Source: Thermoplasmata archaeon
Lineage (GTDB): Archaea; Thermoplasmatota; Thermoplasmata; Thermoplasmatales; GCA-001856825
Assembly (NCBI GenBank): GCA_021792255.1
Contig: JAJYUZ010000003.1
Coordinates: 9,405 to 73,404, forward strand
Reading direction: 5' to 3'
DNA: 64,000 nucleotides
This document shows positions 9,097 through 18,558 of the stretch, piece by piece (position 1 is the first letter of the stretch; each line of letters opens with the position of its first letter). Position numbers and translations under genes: made by a program. The notes under the pieces were generated by a model that searched no databases, had not been told where the DNA came from, and saw only the letters and a program-made list of their open reading frames with translations.

Positions 9097-9351
9097 CTAG
9101 AACACGTAGTCTGTTTTCTTTTCCTTTTCGATCTTCTCAAGCGTATCGGCGGTCTCTATGTATATTATATCCAGCATGTTGATCAAATAATTCTTGTCCT
9201 TGTCTGCAAGGTAAAGAAGTGGTTGGAAGGTATCTGACAGTCCATTAAATACTCCTTCCAGAACTTTTGGTTCGTTCCCAGACCTCAAATAAATCCTCAC
9301 TTTAGATCCTTCCTTCAGACTGAAATTTTGGAATTCTTTCATTTTTTCCAA
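9097..9351 (-). CDS. small hypothetical protein (84 aa)
   Basis: Clean ORF in a gap between genes with protein-like composition. No motif recognised. Confidence 0.4.
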   Translation of the reverse strand: MEKMKEFQNFSLKEGSKVRIYLRSGNEPKVLEGVFNGLSDTFQPLLYLADKDKNYLINMLDIIYIETADTLEKIEKEKKTDYVF

Positions 9352-9371
9352 ATGAGTTACTTAATAAATAC

Positions 9372-9842
9372 TTATTTTACGACCAGCACGGCGCATTTTG
9401 AATTTGCAGCCACTCTCTGACTGACAGACCCGAGGAAAACTCCCCTGAGGAACCCTCTCCGCCTGTTCCCAATCACGATCAGGTCGGGTTTGATCGTTTC
9501 TGCAAGATCCAGTATCTCCCTTGCCGGGTCCCCTTGTTTGAGTACCGTTTTGAGTTTCATGACTCCATTCGATACAGAGTAGTCTTTTGCGTGATTCAGT
9601 ATTGTCTCGCCTCGCTCTTTTAACGTCGCTAGTCGCTCTACTATCGTTAGATCGCCCGTCGGATTTTCTCCGGTAACATACTGCACGGGGTAAGGTACGA
9701 CCATGACTATGTCCATCTCCAGATTCTTTTCGACTTTTACGAGACTTATTCCCATGTCAAGGGCCCTCATAGAGGGTTTGGTTCCATCTATCGCTACCAG
9801 AATCTTGGTCAAAGGCAGAATACCTCTCGCCGTTTGATCCAT
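9372..9842 (-). CDS. universal stress protein (UspA family)
   Basis: ILVAIDGT...DLIVIGNRRRGFLRGVFLGSVSQRVAANSKCAVLVVK is the typical Usp ATP-binding C-terminus. The internal ATG at 9842 is preferred over the listed 9881 start. Confidence 0.8.
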   Translation of the reverse strand: MDQTARGILPLTKILVAIDGTKPSMRALDMGISLVKVEKNLEMDIVMVVPYPVQYVTGENPTGDLTIVERLATLKERGETILNHAKDYSVSNGVMKLKTVLKQGDPAREILDLAETIKPDLIVIGNRRRGFLRGVFLGSVSQRVAANSKCAVLVVK

Positions 9843-9924
9843 ACAAAATGATAGGCTCTGATGATATAAAATATTGTGCAATCTCCAGCAACATTATATT
9901 ACCTTAGAGCAATTGAGCACAAAG

Positions 9925-10551
9925 ATGGATGCTGACCTCATCTTGGGCAAAATAGAAAAGATGGTTGATCCTCATATCGCAATATGGGATGACGCGTTTA
10001 GGATTCTGATAACTGGGATAATGTCTACAAGAACCAAGGATGAGGTCACTGACAGAGCGAGCCTGAGACTTTTCTGTAAATTTCCCTCTGTCAAGGCCCT
10101 CGCTGGGGCTTCACCTTCTGTCGTCAGAGATCTCATAAAGCCTGTGGGTTTCTATAGAACTAAAGCGGTCGACTTAGTCGAAACGTCAAACATCATACTG
10201 AAGAAGCACCGCGGAAGAGTTCCGGATCGAATGGAGGACCTACTCGAACTACCTGGAGTAGGGAGAAAAGTTGCAAATATCGTCCTTTCGGAGGGAGTGG
10301 GTAAAGATGGACTTGCCGTTGATACCCACGTTCAGAGGATTTCTTTCAGGATAGGGCTGTCTTCGTCTGAGAAACCAGAGGTGACCGAGGAACAGCTAAA
10401 GAAGAAGATACCGAGAGAGAGATGGAATGAAGTCAATTCGTACTTCGTCGAGTTTGGAAAACAGATATGCAAGCCAATAACTCCGAGGTGCAACGAATGT
10501 GGGTTGAAGAAGTACTGTAGATACTGGAGAGATCATGAAAATAGTGGTTGA
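9925..10551 (+). CDS. nth: endonuclease III (DNA glycosylase/AP lyase)
   Basis: HhH-GPD motif LLELPGVGRKVANIVL, then DTHVQR. [4Fe-4S] ligands C-x6-C-x2-C-x5-C (CKPITPRCNECGLKKYC). ATG 9925 is preferred as the start. Confidence 0.85.
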   Translation: MDADLILGKIEKMVDPHIAIWDDAFRILITGIMSTRTKDEVTDRASLRLFCKFPSVKALAGASPSVVRDLIKPVGFYRTKAVDLVETSNIILKKHRGRVPDRMEDLLELPGVGRKVANIVLSEGVGKDGLAVDTHVQRISFRIGLSSSEKPEVTEEQLKKKIPRERWNEVNSYFVEFGKQICKPITPRCNECGLKKYCRYWRDHENSG

Positions 10552-11026
10552 TACCTCCTCGCTGTTCTACGGATTCCAGATCGATGGTAGTAATGAATAC
10601 ATCACCACTGACTCTGTCATCCAAGAAATCAGAGGAAAGAAAATGAAGAAGAGCATCGAGATCAGGATGGAACTTCTGATAATTTTCGAACCAAGCAAGG
10701 ATACCGTGAAAGAGGTGAGAGAGATTGCAGAAGAGTCAGGAGATCTGCAACAGTTGAGCGGAACTGACACAGGACTTATTGCGCTAGCAAGGGACCACGA
10801 TGCCACTCTGCTTACAAATGATCTCGCGATGCAAAACGTATGTAAAAGAATGGGCATAAAGTACCAATCTTTCCAGGGAAAATCAATCGATACAGAAATA
10901 GAGTGGGGATACAGGTGCATTGGATGCAAGAGAAAATTCGATCGACTCTTTAAGGAATGTCCCTACTGTGGAAATGAATTGAAAAAATATCCAAAGAAAA
11001 GAAAGACTATAGTCGAATCCACTTAA
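10535..11026 (+). CDS. nob1: Nob1-like endonuclease (PIN domain plus zinc ribbon)
   Basis: PIN-like N-terminus MKIVVDTSSL...TDTGLIALA...LLTNDLAMQN. C-terminal CIGC...CPYC ribbon. The size (163 aa) matches archaeal Nob1. Confidence 0.7.
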   Translation: MKIVVDTSSLFYGFQIDGSNEYITTDSVIQEIRGKKMKKSIEIRMELLIIFEPSKDTVKEVREIAEESGDLQQLSGTDTGLIALARDHDATLLTNDLAMQNVCKRMGIKYQSFQGKSIDTEIEWGYRCIGCKRKFDRLFKECPYCGNELKKYPKKRKTIVEST

Positions 11027-11750
11027 TCTCAAAGAATTTGAATTGGCCCTTCGCAGCATCGTAAAAGGAATGCACGTAGGTCTTTCTCACCGACTGCGCT
11101 ATCCTCGCTATTGCAACGATGTCCCTCCCCAGCGATTGTCTTCCGACGTTCATCAGATATCTTGCGTGCGATGAACTGCCCTCGTAAATCCTGAACATTG
11201 AGCCAAACTTGAAACCACTGGCGACTCTCATTCCCTTTTGTTTGAGAACATCAACGAGTTCCGTCGGTTCCTGCGCATCGCTCACCAGTCCGCTTGTACC
11301 ACGGAGTCTTCCGTATATTGGAAGTTTGTTCAGTGAGTACAACAGACAGTTTCCCTCCGAGTCCAGTATTGACAGGAAATTAACGTTCCTAGCTAAAACC
11401 GTAAAATCAATTTCTTGGTCATCTCTGAAAATCAGTATTCTGGTGCCATCTGCGTACAGTTTTCCTCTCTTTATTTGGGGCCTCATTCCCTTTGCCTTGA
11501 GAAAGTGATATGATGTAGCAATATCCTTCTCTGTGTCTGATAACATTCCTTTTATCTGTTCAGTGGTGATGGGATTTTCTCCTTTCGTTATTTCGATTCT
11601 CTTTCGAGTGAGAAGATCGAGTGAAGTCATCAGGTCCAGGGATAGTTTTTCTCCCAAGTTTCTCCCTGTTGAACCCTTGTTTCTTAAGGTGGAAGCGTCC
11701 GCTTCGTTTTCTATTAGGACTCTCCTGTTTCTCAGCTTCCCTTGAATCAT
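11007..11750 (-). CDS. endA: tRNA-splicing (intron) endonuclease
   Basis: C-terminal catalytic region GFKFGSMFRIYEGSSSHARYLMNV...AQSVRK has the Tyr/His/Lys triad pattern of EndA. The length is consistent with a two-unit subunit. Confidence 0.7.
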   Translation of the reverse strand: MIQGKLRNRRVLIENEADASTLRNKGSTGRNLGEKLSLDLMTSLDLLTRKRIEITKGENPITTEQIKGMLSDTEKDIATSYHFLKAKGMRPQIKRGKLYADGTRILIFRDDQEIDFTVLARNVNFLSILDSEGNCLLYSLNKLPIYGRLRGTSGLVSDAQEPTELVDVLKQKGMRVASGFKFGSMFRIYEGSSSHARYLMNVGRQSLGRDIVAIARIAQSVRKTYVHSFYDAAKGQFKFFEIKWIRL

Positions 11751-11751
11751 T

Positions 11752-12222
11752 CTAGGTAAGCACCATTTCAGAAAGATCGAGCATGAACTGTTTAACGTTC
11801 TCGCCAGTCTTGGAAGAAACCGGGACGACCTTTATGTTTCTCTTGCCAATGATTTTCTTGACATCCTCTACCCAAAAAGCGGCTGAATAATGTAGATCTG
11901 ACATGCACAGAGCAATGATCACCTTTTTGTCGGAGGTCATGGACAGAAGATTTGGTAGATCGTCGAAATCTGCCTTGTTGTTAGAATTGAGGGTCAGGAT
12001 GTAAGCCGACTTCTTTTCCGGGGTCGGAAGATTGTTAACCTCTTTGAAGAGAAATGAAACATTGTCTCCATTCCCAGTAGAAAAACTAAACTTCAGGAAC
12101 TGCCCAGGAATCTGATCACATTCTTCCATTGAGTTGAATATGATTCTGCAGAGTAGACTCGACTTTCCCGAGCCCTTTGGACCAACGACGAGGACCTTCG
12201 ATATGCTGGGACTTGCCTGCAT
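11752..12222 (-). CDS. P-loop small GTPase-like protein with degenerate G3/G4 motifs
   Basis: G1 GPKGSGKS is present. No DxxG is seen (FKEVNN in its place). NKxD is replaced by CMSD. The G5-like motif is SSK. Confidence 0.5.
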   Translation of the reverse strand: MQASPSISKVLVVGPKGSGKSSLLCRIIFNSMEECDQIPGQFLKFSFSTGNGDNVSFLFKEVNNLPTPEKKSAYILTLNSNNKADFDDLPNLLSMTSDKKVIIALCMSDLHYSAAFWVEDVKKIIGKRNIKVVPVSSKTGENVKQFMLDLSEMVLT

Positions 12223-12403
12223 TATGGTTCTAATTGCAACCTATATAAAAATACTTGCCCCACGTGTTGGAAATCGTTTAAAGATGTCTTGTTCGTATTC
12301 ACTGGACCTTCTCATTTTCGGATCCACAACAGCCTTGTGGCCAGAAGTTAGAATTCATCAGGTCTCAAAGAAAAGAGAAAGAGGGATGACATGATTTTTG
12401 ACC

Positions 12404-13330
12404 TTACTTGACAACTGGTATCGAGTCATCATTGGTTTTCGATATCTCCCTGTATCCCCTCATGAGGCTTCCAAAGCCTATCACGCCGACCACTATTATT
12501 ACTAAGACCGTCGCAATTCCGATCGAGTTGAGATTGGGCACACTGTTCCCCGTGTTCAGTGCAATTTTTTCTAGCAATGGAAATGCGATCACCGCTCCGC
12601 CTATCACTGCAAATGCTAAACCACCGAGATACAACGTCCTGGCAGCAGTAGACCTGCCGACGTACTTTATCTGTTCCGTCGTGAGCTTCTTGACTCGCAT
12701 TAGATTCGCAAAGATTGCTCCAATGATTATCTGCATCAGCATCGTTCCCAGGCCGAAGAAAGCACCCACCAGTGCAGCGAAGTATATGTTTGGCATCTGT
12801 GGAGCAAGAATGAAGGTAATTATCGTGGAGAATCCTCCAAATCCCCATCCAGCTATAAAGCCGTGAACGAGTGCCATTCCAGACGGAATCTCTTTCGTCG
12901 CACTCTCCACTTCCTGGATCGGAGTCCTTTCAGCTTTTGTTGAGTGGTGAGTCGATCCTCCGAACAATTTGTCTAGGGGAACGTGGAGGTCCGTTCCCTT
13001 TACCAGATAATAACCCACTATGAACATGACGAAACCAACAAGAACATAGACATAGCCATCCAGATTGTACTTCACATATATTGTAGCTAAACCTACAAAA
13101 CCAAGAACGGTCAATATGGATCTTTGGATCGTAAATCCCAACGAAAAGATGAACCCTGCTCTCATTCCACCACGAGTACTGTAACTCCCTATGGAATAGC
13201 TGAAGGTTATTGGCCACGTATGCTCATCCGGCGTTGCGCCGTGCATAAGTCCGAGTATGGCTGCAATCGACAAAATTATGAATACTGACAGTCCCTTTGG
13301 AGGATTTAATATAAAGCCGAGATCGATCAT
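12404..13330 (-). CDS. putative metal-ion transporter (NicO/RcnA-like membrane protein)
   Basis: Polytopic membrane protein. The GLMHGATPDEHTWP motif resembles the H-x3-P-x-H signature of Ni/Co transporters. The ATG at 13330 overlaps the stop of the upstream DtxR-family gene (ATGA). Confidence 0.5.
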   Translation of the reverse strand: MIDLGFILNPPKGLSVFIILSIAAILGLMHGATPDEHTWPITFSYSIGSYSTRGGMRAGFIFSLGFTIQRSILTVLGFVGLATIYVKYNLDGYVYVLVGFVMFIVGYYLVKGTDLHVPLDKLFGGSTHHSTKAERTPIQEVESATKEIPSGMALVHGFIAGWGFGGFSTIITFILAPQMPNIYFAALVGAFFGLGTMLMQIIIGAIFANLMRVKKLTTEQIKYVGRSTAARTLYLGGLAFAVIGGAVIAFPLLEKIALNTGNSVPNLNSIGIATVLVIIVVGVIGFGSLMRGYREISKTNDDSIPVVK

Positions 13331-13749
13331 TTGTCCTCTCCATCTCTTATGGGTTTGCCGTGGGGACATAACCTAGGATTGCCAATCTTCTTGAGTATTA
13401 GTCTGGCTTCTTCTTCCGGAATTATAAAATCAACGTTAGCAGCATCAGAACAAGCAGACTTTTCTGATACACCACTCTGACAGAGCAGGGATTCATACGT
13501 TCTATGGACTAAGAGAATTCTCTTTGCCGTACGATCACCCAATTCTGTCAGCAATGTCATCCCGTCTTTGGACTGTGCGAGCCCCTTCTGCTCAAGTCTT
13601 CTCACTACATTCAACGCGGTTGGAGGTTTGACACGAAGGAACGACGCTATCTGATAAAGGCGTAATGGAAAACCTTTCGTCGATCCCTCTACAAGAGAGA
13701 CCAAGCAATCTCTTTCTCTCTTGCTAACAACATTAGTACTATATTCCAT
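13327..13749 (-). CDS. DtxR/MntR-family metal-dependent transcriptional repressor
   Basis: wHTH (LYQIASFLRVKPPTALNVVRRLEQKGL) plus a metal-binding/dimerisation region (HRTYESLL...CPHGKPI). Confidence 0.8.
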   Translation of the reverse strand: MEYSTNVVSKRERDCLVSLVEGSTKGFPLRLYQIASFLRVKPPTALNVVRRLEQKGLAQSKDGMTLLTELGDRTAKRILLVHRTYESLLCQSGVSEKSACSDAANVDFIIPEEEARLILKKIGNPRLCPHGKPIRDGEDK

Positions 13750-13752
13750 GCA

Positions 13753-13767
13753 TTAGTATCACACTAA
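13753..13767. promoter_or_regulatory. candidate DtxR-family operator (inverted repeat)
   Basis: TTAGT-ATCAC-ACTAA, with perfect 5-bp arms. It sits 4-18 nt upstream of the repressor ATG (13749) and downstream of the TATA-like GTTTAATA (reverse complement of 13771..13778). Confidence 0.3.
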
Positions 13768-13896
13768 CGATATTAAACCTTTCTCTAAAAATGATGAATG
13801 AATCGACGCCTCATTCGGCGGTTCCTTCTTCTCTCCGGCGGTCACGGCGGGCAAGTATTGGAAAAGGATTAAAGCGAGTTGTAATTAACCACTGAA

Positions 13897-14439
13897 ATGC
13901 CATCAATGATACCTCGGAAGATTTTCTTCGTCAAAGGGGTGGGATCCCACAGGAGCCAACTCGGATCATTTGAAAATGCGCTCAGAGACGCGGATATCGC
14001 AAAATACAATCTGGTCGAGGTTAGTTCCATTTTCCCTCCTTACGCAGAGCTTATCGACAGGGAAGAAGGCCTTAAAGAACTTAAGCCTGGGCAGATTTTG
14101 TATCTGGTACTTGCCCGGAATAGTTCGAATGAGCTGAATCGATTAATTACTGCTTCTGTAGGCTTTGCAATTCCTAGAAACAGAACGATGTACGGGTATC
14201 TAAGCGAACATCACAGCTTCGGTGAGACTCCTGAGGCATCGGGCAAATTCGCCGAAGAACTGGCTGCAGAAATGCTAGCAAGCACAATGGGCCTGGATTC
14301 GTACGAACGTGATGAAAATGGAAAATTTAGATTGAACGATGCAATCCTCTTGACGAGCAACATCACAGCTTCATCGGCCGTAAAAAATGTAGATGAATGG
14401 ACAACGGTCGTAGCCGCTGCAGTGATGATTTTGGGGTGA
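13897..14439 (+). CDS. pdaD: pyruvoyl-dependent arginine decarboxylase
   Basis: KIFFVKGVG...[12 protein letters not shown] contains the Ser-Ser self-cleavage region typical of PdaD. The size is about 180 aa. Confidence 0.85.
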   Translation: MPSMIPRKIFFVKGVGSHRSQLGSFENALRDADIAKYNLVEVSSIFPPYAELIDREEGLKELKPGQILYLVLARNSSNELNRLITASVGFAIPRNRTMYGYLSEHHSFGETPEASGKFAEELAAEMLASTMGLDSYERDENGKFRLNDAILLTSNITASSAVKNVDEWTTVVAAAVMILG

Positions 14440-14447
14440 GTCGCATA

Positions 14448-17159
14448 ATGTCATATAATTTCAATTCAATAGAGGAGAAATGGCTAGAAAAATGGAAAGA
14501 CGAAAAAGTATTTGAGCCTAGACCGGAAGGTAAGAAATTTCTGCTCACCGTTCCTTGGCCATACTGTAATGGCGCTCTGCACATAGGGCACGGGAGAACT
14601 TACACCATTGGAGACATAGTTGCAAGGTACAAGAGAATGAAGGGCCTCAACGTGATGTATCCGATGGGATTCCACATCTCCGGAACACCAATTCTTGCAT
14701 TCAGCAAGAAGATAGAGAATGGAGATGAAGCAACAATTAACCTGTACAGGAGCTACCTTGAATTGTACGGCGACGATCCTTCGAAGGTTTCAGAATTCTC
14801 TGTTCCATCGAATATCGCTGAATACTTTTCGGACAAGATAATAAACGATTTTACCAACATGGGCTTCTCCATCGACTGGACTAGAAAATTTACATCAGGG
14901 GAGCCAATCTACAACAAGTTTGTCGAATGGCAGTTCAGGTTCCTCCGAGACAAGAAACTGATCAAGAGAGGAGACTATCCACTTCTGTATTCGGCGGAAG
15001 AAGGGAATCCCGTCGGAGAGGATGACATCCTTGAGGGGGATACGGATAAAGTCTCTATTACTCAATTTACAGGAGTATTTTTCTACGTTGGCGATGACGT
15101 CCTTCTCGCATCAACGGTAAGGCCGGAGACGCTTGATGGAGTGACCAATTTATTTCTCAATCCCAAGGCGCAGTATTGCAGGATAAGAATGAATGGTAAG
15201 ACTTTCATCGTCAGCAGCAGAGCTTTCGAGAAGCTGAAGTATCAAAGAGATGCCGAATTTGTTTCTAACGTGAAAGTCGAAGACTACATCGGCAAGAAGG
15301 CCAAGGAACCTCTTAATTCAAGGGAGATACCAATCTTTCCTGCGAAATTCGTAGACCCTGATATAGGAACTGGAGTCGACTATTCTGTTCCTGCTCATTC
15401 GGTTTGGGACCACGTGGGATTGCTGGAGATTTCCGAAGCTCCAGATTATATTTATGTCATTGAGACAAAGGATCAGACACTTAGCATGGAAGATGTAAGA
15501 AAAAAGTTTGGAATTTCCGGCCTTGACGACAAGGACAAATTGGTGGAAGCCACAAAGTACGTTTACGAAAAGGAGTACTATCACGGCAAGATAGTCACAG
15601 GAAAGTTCAAAGGAAACATAGTCAAGGATGTCAAAGACAGGATATCGGAAGACCTCGTGCAGAGTGGAATTGCTATCCCGATCTATGAGACATCCAGGAA
15701 GGCGGAGACTAGAGAGGGGAATCCAGTCATGGTCGCCGTCATCAAGAACCAGTGGTTCATTGACTACTCGATCGAAGAGTGGAAGGAAAAGGTCAGGGAA
15801 TTAATCGAGAAGATGGACCTGAGACCAGACAGCCTAAGGAATCAGTTTCTCCAAACAGTCGACTGGATAAAGGAAAGACCATGCGCAAGAAAGAGGGGGC
15901 TTGGAACCAAGCTTCCAATGGACAACGCGTGGATCATAGAGAGCCTCAGTGATTCCACAATCTACACCGTCGTTTACACGATTATACCTTTTCTCAGACA
16001 GATGAAATTTGAAGAAATCGATGACGAACTGTTCGATTTCATTTTCTTCGGAAAAGGACAGCTCTCTCAAAAGGGGGAAGCAACCAGAAAAATTGCAGAA
16101 GAGGCCAGAAATGAATACCTCTACTGGTATCCGGTCGATCTCAGACACACCAGCTATCCCCACATATCAAATCACCTGACTTTTTACCTCTTCAACCACG
16201 TAGCAATCTTCCCGCCTGAGAAATGGCCCATCGGAATATCGACAGGTGGAATGGTCATATCGGAAGGACAAAAGATGAGCAAGAGCAAGGGGAACGTGTA
16301 TCCCCTCCTGACTATCAAGAGAAAGTACGGAGCGGATCTCTTCAGAATGTATCTTGCATCTAATGCGGACGTATGGTACGATGTAGACTGGAGGACAAGC
16401 GAGGTCGAAAACTATTCAAAGAAACTCGACAGATTCTTTTCACTGTTAGAAGATGCAAGGAATTCAAAGGGGGAACCCGATGAGAAAGACCTTTGGATCG
16501 TTTCAAGGATGATTGACAGGATCACAAGGAGTTCAAAGAACTACGACTCGATGAAGATCAGAGAAGCGACCGTCGAATTGTTCTTCAATGCGCTGAATGA
16601 TATCAGAGACCTTGAGAATTTTTCTGGCAAGGAAAGAGCCCTAAGGGCAGTGAAGAAGTTCGGTAAGGAATGGGTGCTCAGTCTTTCACCGGTCATTCCA
16701 TTCGTCGCAGAAGAGATTTACTCGATGTATGGAGAGAATGGATTCGCATCCTTGCAGACTTACCCATCGATGGAAAACGTATACAGGGAGCAAGAATCGG
16801 AATGGAACTTTATAGAATCCATTGTAGAGGATTTCAGGAGTATTACCAAGGTCTCCCCAATTCGACCGAAAAAAATGATCATAGGTACTGCCGAAGAGTG
16901 GAAATGGAAACTGCTTGAAGAGTCCAAGTCCAGGGACATCAAACAGATGATCAAGGAAGCTACCCCAGAAAGGAGGGAGTTCCTCCTTACGCTGATGAAG
17001 AAGAAAGATCTGACCCAGAACATCAGGAATGAAAGAGAGGTCCTAGAGAGATACAGAGAAGACCTTGCTAGATATCTCAACGTGGAGATATCAATAAGCG
17101 AGGATGCTTCCTACACTAAGAAGGCCCTCCCTGGACGTCCGGCAATCAGACTTGAATGA
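14448..17159 (+). CDS. leuS: leucyl-tRNA synthetase (archaeal type)
   Basis: Class I motifs HIGH (HIGHGRTY) and KMSKS. Archaeal LeuRS length. ATG 14448 is preferred because it clears the pdaD stop. Confidence 0.9.
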   Translation: MSYNFNSIEEKWLEKWKDEKVFEPRPEGKKFLLTVPWPYCNGALHIGHGRTYTIGDIVARYKRMKGLNVMYPMGFHISGTPILAFSKKIENGDEATINLYRSYLELYGDDPSKVSEFSVPSNIAEYFSDKIINDFTNMGFSIDWTRKFTSGEPIYNKFVEWQFRFLRDKKLIKRGDYPLLYSAEEGNPVGEDDILEGDTDKVSITQFTGVFFYVGDDVLLASTVRPETLDGVTNLFLNPKAQYCRIRMNGKTFIVSSRAFEKLKYQRDAEFVSNVKVEDYIGKKAKEPLNSREIPIFPAKFVDPDIGTGVDYSVPAHSVWDHVGLLEISEAPDYIYVIETKDQTLSMEDVRKKFGISGLDDKDKLVEATKYVYEKEYYHGKIVTGKFKGNIVKDVKDRISEDLVQSGIAIPIYETSRKAETREGNPVMVAVIKNQWFIDYSIEEWKEKVRELIEKMDLRPDSLRNQFLQTVDWIKERPCARKRGLGTKLPMDNAWIIESLSDSTIYTVVYTIIPFLRQMKFEEIDDELFDFIFFGKGQLSQKGEATRKIAEEARNEYLYWYPVDLRHTSYPHISNHLTFYLFNHVAIFPPEKWPIGISTGGMVISEGQKMSKSKGNVYPLLTIKRKYGADLFRMYLASNADVWYDVDWRTSEVENYSKKLDRFFSLLEDARNSKGEPDEKDLWIVSRMIDRITRSSKNYDSMKIREATVELFFNALNDIRDLENFSGKERALRAVKKFGKEWVLSLSPVIPFVAEEIYSMYGENGFASLQTYPSMENVYREQESEWNFIESIVEDFRSITKVSPIRPKKMIIGTAEEWKWKLLEESKSRDIKQMIKEATPERREFLLTLMKKKDLTQNIRNEREVLERYREDLARYLNVEISISEDASYTKKALPGRPAIRLE

Positions 17160-17161
17160 TT

Positions 17162-17881
17162 CTACTTCTTCAGGAATTTTTCCAGGGTGGCTCTCGCAGT
17201 AGGGGTTTCGAGAATCTCTCCGAAAAGCTTCTCTTCCGTTTCGGTGGAGTACTCTTCTTTCCCTAGCAGGGTCTTGATGCTCTTTATGCTATCCGACGAC
17301 CTTTGAGACAGCTGTACAGCTAGCTCTTCGGCCGATTTGACTGGATCGTCCGCTAACGCACTTACCAGTCCAAGTCGATAGGCTTCGTTACCGTCGATTA
17401 TCTTTCCAGTCAGCGTTAGATATTTTGCGGTTCCAACTCCTGCAATTCTGGCCATTCTCTTCACGCCGCCCCATCCAGGAAATAGGCCTAGAATGATCTC
17501 CGTCAGTCCCATTTTTGTCTGAGGGGAGGCTATCCTGAGATCGCAGCTGAGGGCTAATTCCAGTCCACCACCATATGCTCCGCCCTCCATTGCTGCTATG
17601 GTTATCGCCCCATAATTCTGCAGAAAATCCATGAACTCGTTCCCTTTCCTCGAGAACCTTTCACCCTCTTCTCCAGATATTGAGAACATAACGGATATGT
17701 CGCCACCAGCTGAAAAAAATCCTCCCTCTCCTTTTATGACGACCACGGTCACATTTTCGAGGGACTTGAGCGCACTCTCCAATTCGACCAAGACATCGGG
17801 TGAGAGAGCGTTCTTCTTCTCTGGTCTGTTCAAACCGATATAGGCTACCCTATCCTTCTTCTCGACTTTTACCAAACTCAT
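17162..17881 (-). CDS. enoyl-CoA hydratase/isomerase (crotonase family)
   Basis: VVVIKGEGGFFSAGGDI...AAMEGGAYGGGLELALSCDLRIA matches the crotonase oxyanion-hole motifs. Confidence 0.8.
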   Translation of the reverse strand: MSLVKVEKKDRVAYIGLNRPEKKNALSPDVLVELESALKSLENVTVVVIKGEGGFFSAGGDISVMFSISGEEGERFSRKGNEFMDFLQNYGAITIAAMEGGAYGGGLELALSCDLRIASPQTKMGLTEIILGLFPGWGGVKRMARIAGVGTAKYLTLTGKIIDGNEAYRLGLVSALADDPVKSAEELAVQLSQRSSDSIKSIKTLLGKEEYSTETEEKLFGEILETPTARATLEKFLKK

Positions 17882-17890
17882 ACGAAGACC

Positions 17891-18445
17891 TTAACCGACT
17901 ACGAATTTGTACGAGAGTTCACCGTTTGCGATTTTCTTTTCCGAGATCTTGAGCTCCCTGCCAGACTGATCGAGTACTGCAGTTATGTATCCGTCGGCGA
18001 CGTCAAGAAAATTCTCTCCGTTTTTCCTGTGAGTTATCCTGAGGATCGTTATGTGTTTTGACACTTCGTTGACGGATGATTTCACGTATGGGACATCTGT
18101 AATTATGACATCCTCAATGAGCCTGATCAACTGCTTTGAGGTGGAGAATTTTGCGATGAACTTGGTCATCTTCGCCCTGTCTCCGAGTGCGTATCCAAGC
18201 TGGTTCAGTCTTGTCTTCAAGTCCCCACCTAGGATCTTGGCGGCAGACTCGAGGACCTTCTTGTAAACATCTTCGGAGAAAACTTTGGACCTGCCAATGT
18301 CCGTCAGTCCTGTGAATAGAATTGAAGGTTTGTTAAGCTCGTTGAGCAGCCCCCTTACTCCACTCATACCCCTCCGCTGTTTCACATATTCTATTATAAA
18401 TTTCAAGTCAGAACCAGTAGCCTCTTGCATTAATATCCCAATCAA
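17891..18445 (-). CDS. hypothetical protein
   Basis: 184-aa ORF with protein-like composition, co-directional with its neighbours. No motif recognised. Confidence 0.5.
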   Translation of the reverse strand: MIGILMQEATGSDLKFIIEYVKQRRGMSGVRGLLNELNKPSILFTGLTDIGRSKVFSEDVYKKVLESAAKILGGDLKTRLNQLGYALGDRAKMTKFIAKFSTSKQLIRLIEDVIITDVPYVKSSVNEVSKHITILRITHRKNGENFLDVADGYITAVLDQSGRELKISEKKIANGELSYKFVVG

Positions 18446-18558
18446 TATAAATTACTAATTATTATCCCTTTCCTTTCCAGCATTCAGATAATTACGCTAT
18501 TTTTACGACCTGTTACCTGGATGGAGCGTTCTTGAAAATAGATGTCCAAAAACAATTA

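Noticed and set aside
12408-13217. Several 95-152-aa ORFs on both strands inside the metal-transporter gene
   Set aside because: They are alternative-frame or antisense shadows of a clearly polytopic membrane protein, with low-complexity or Arg/Cys-rich translations.
13790-13895. Possible C/D-box sRNA (ATGATGA at ~13790, CTGA at ~13891), with a similar pair at ~57700/57800
   Set aside because: The boxes are ~100 nt apart, whereas archaeal C/D sRNAs are about 50-70 nt. No internal D'/C' boxes were found. Short box matches like these are expected by chance.
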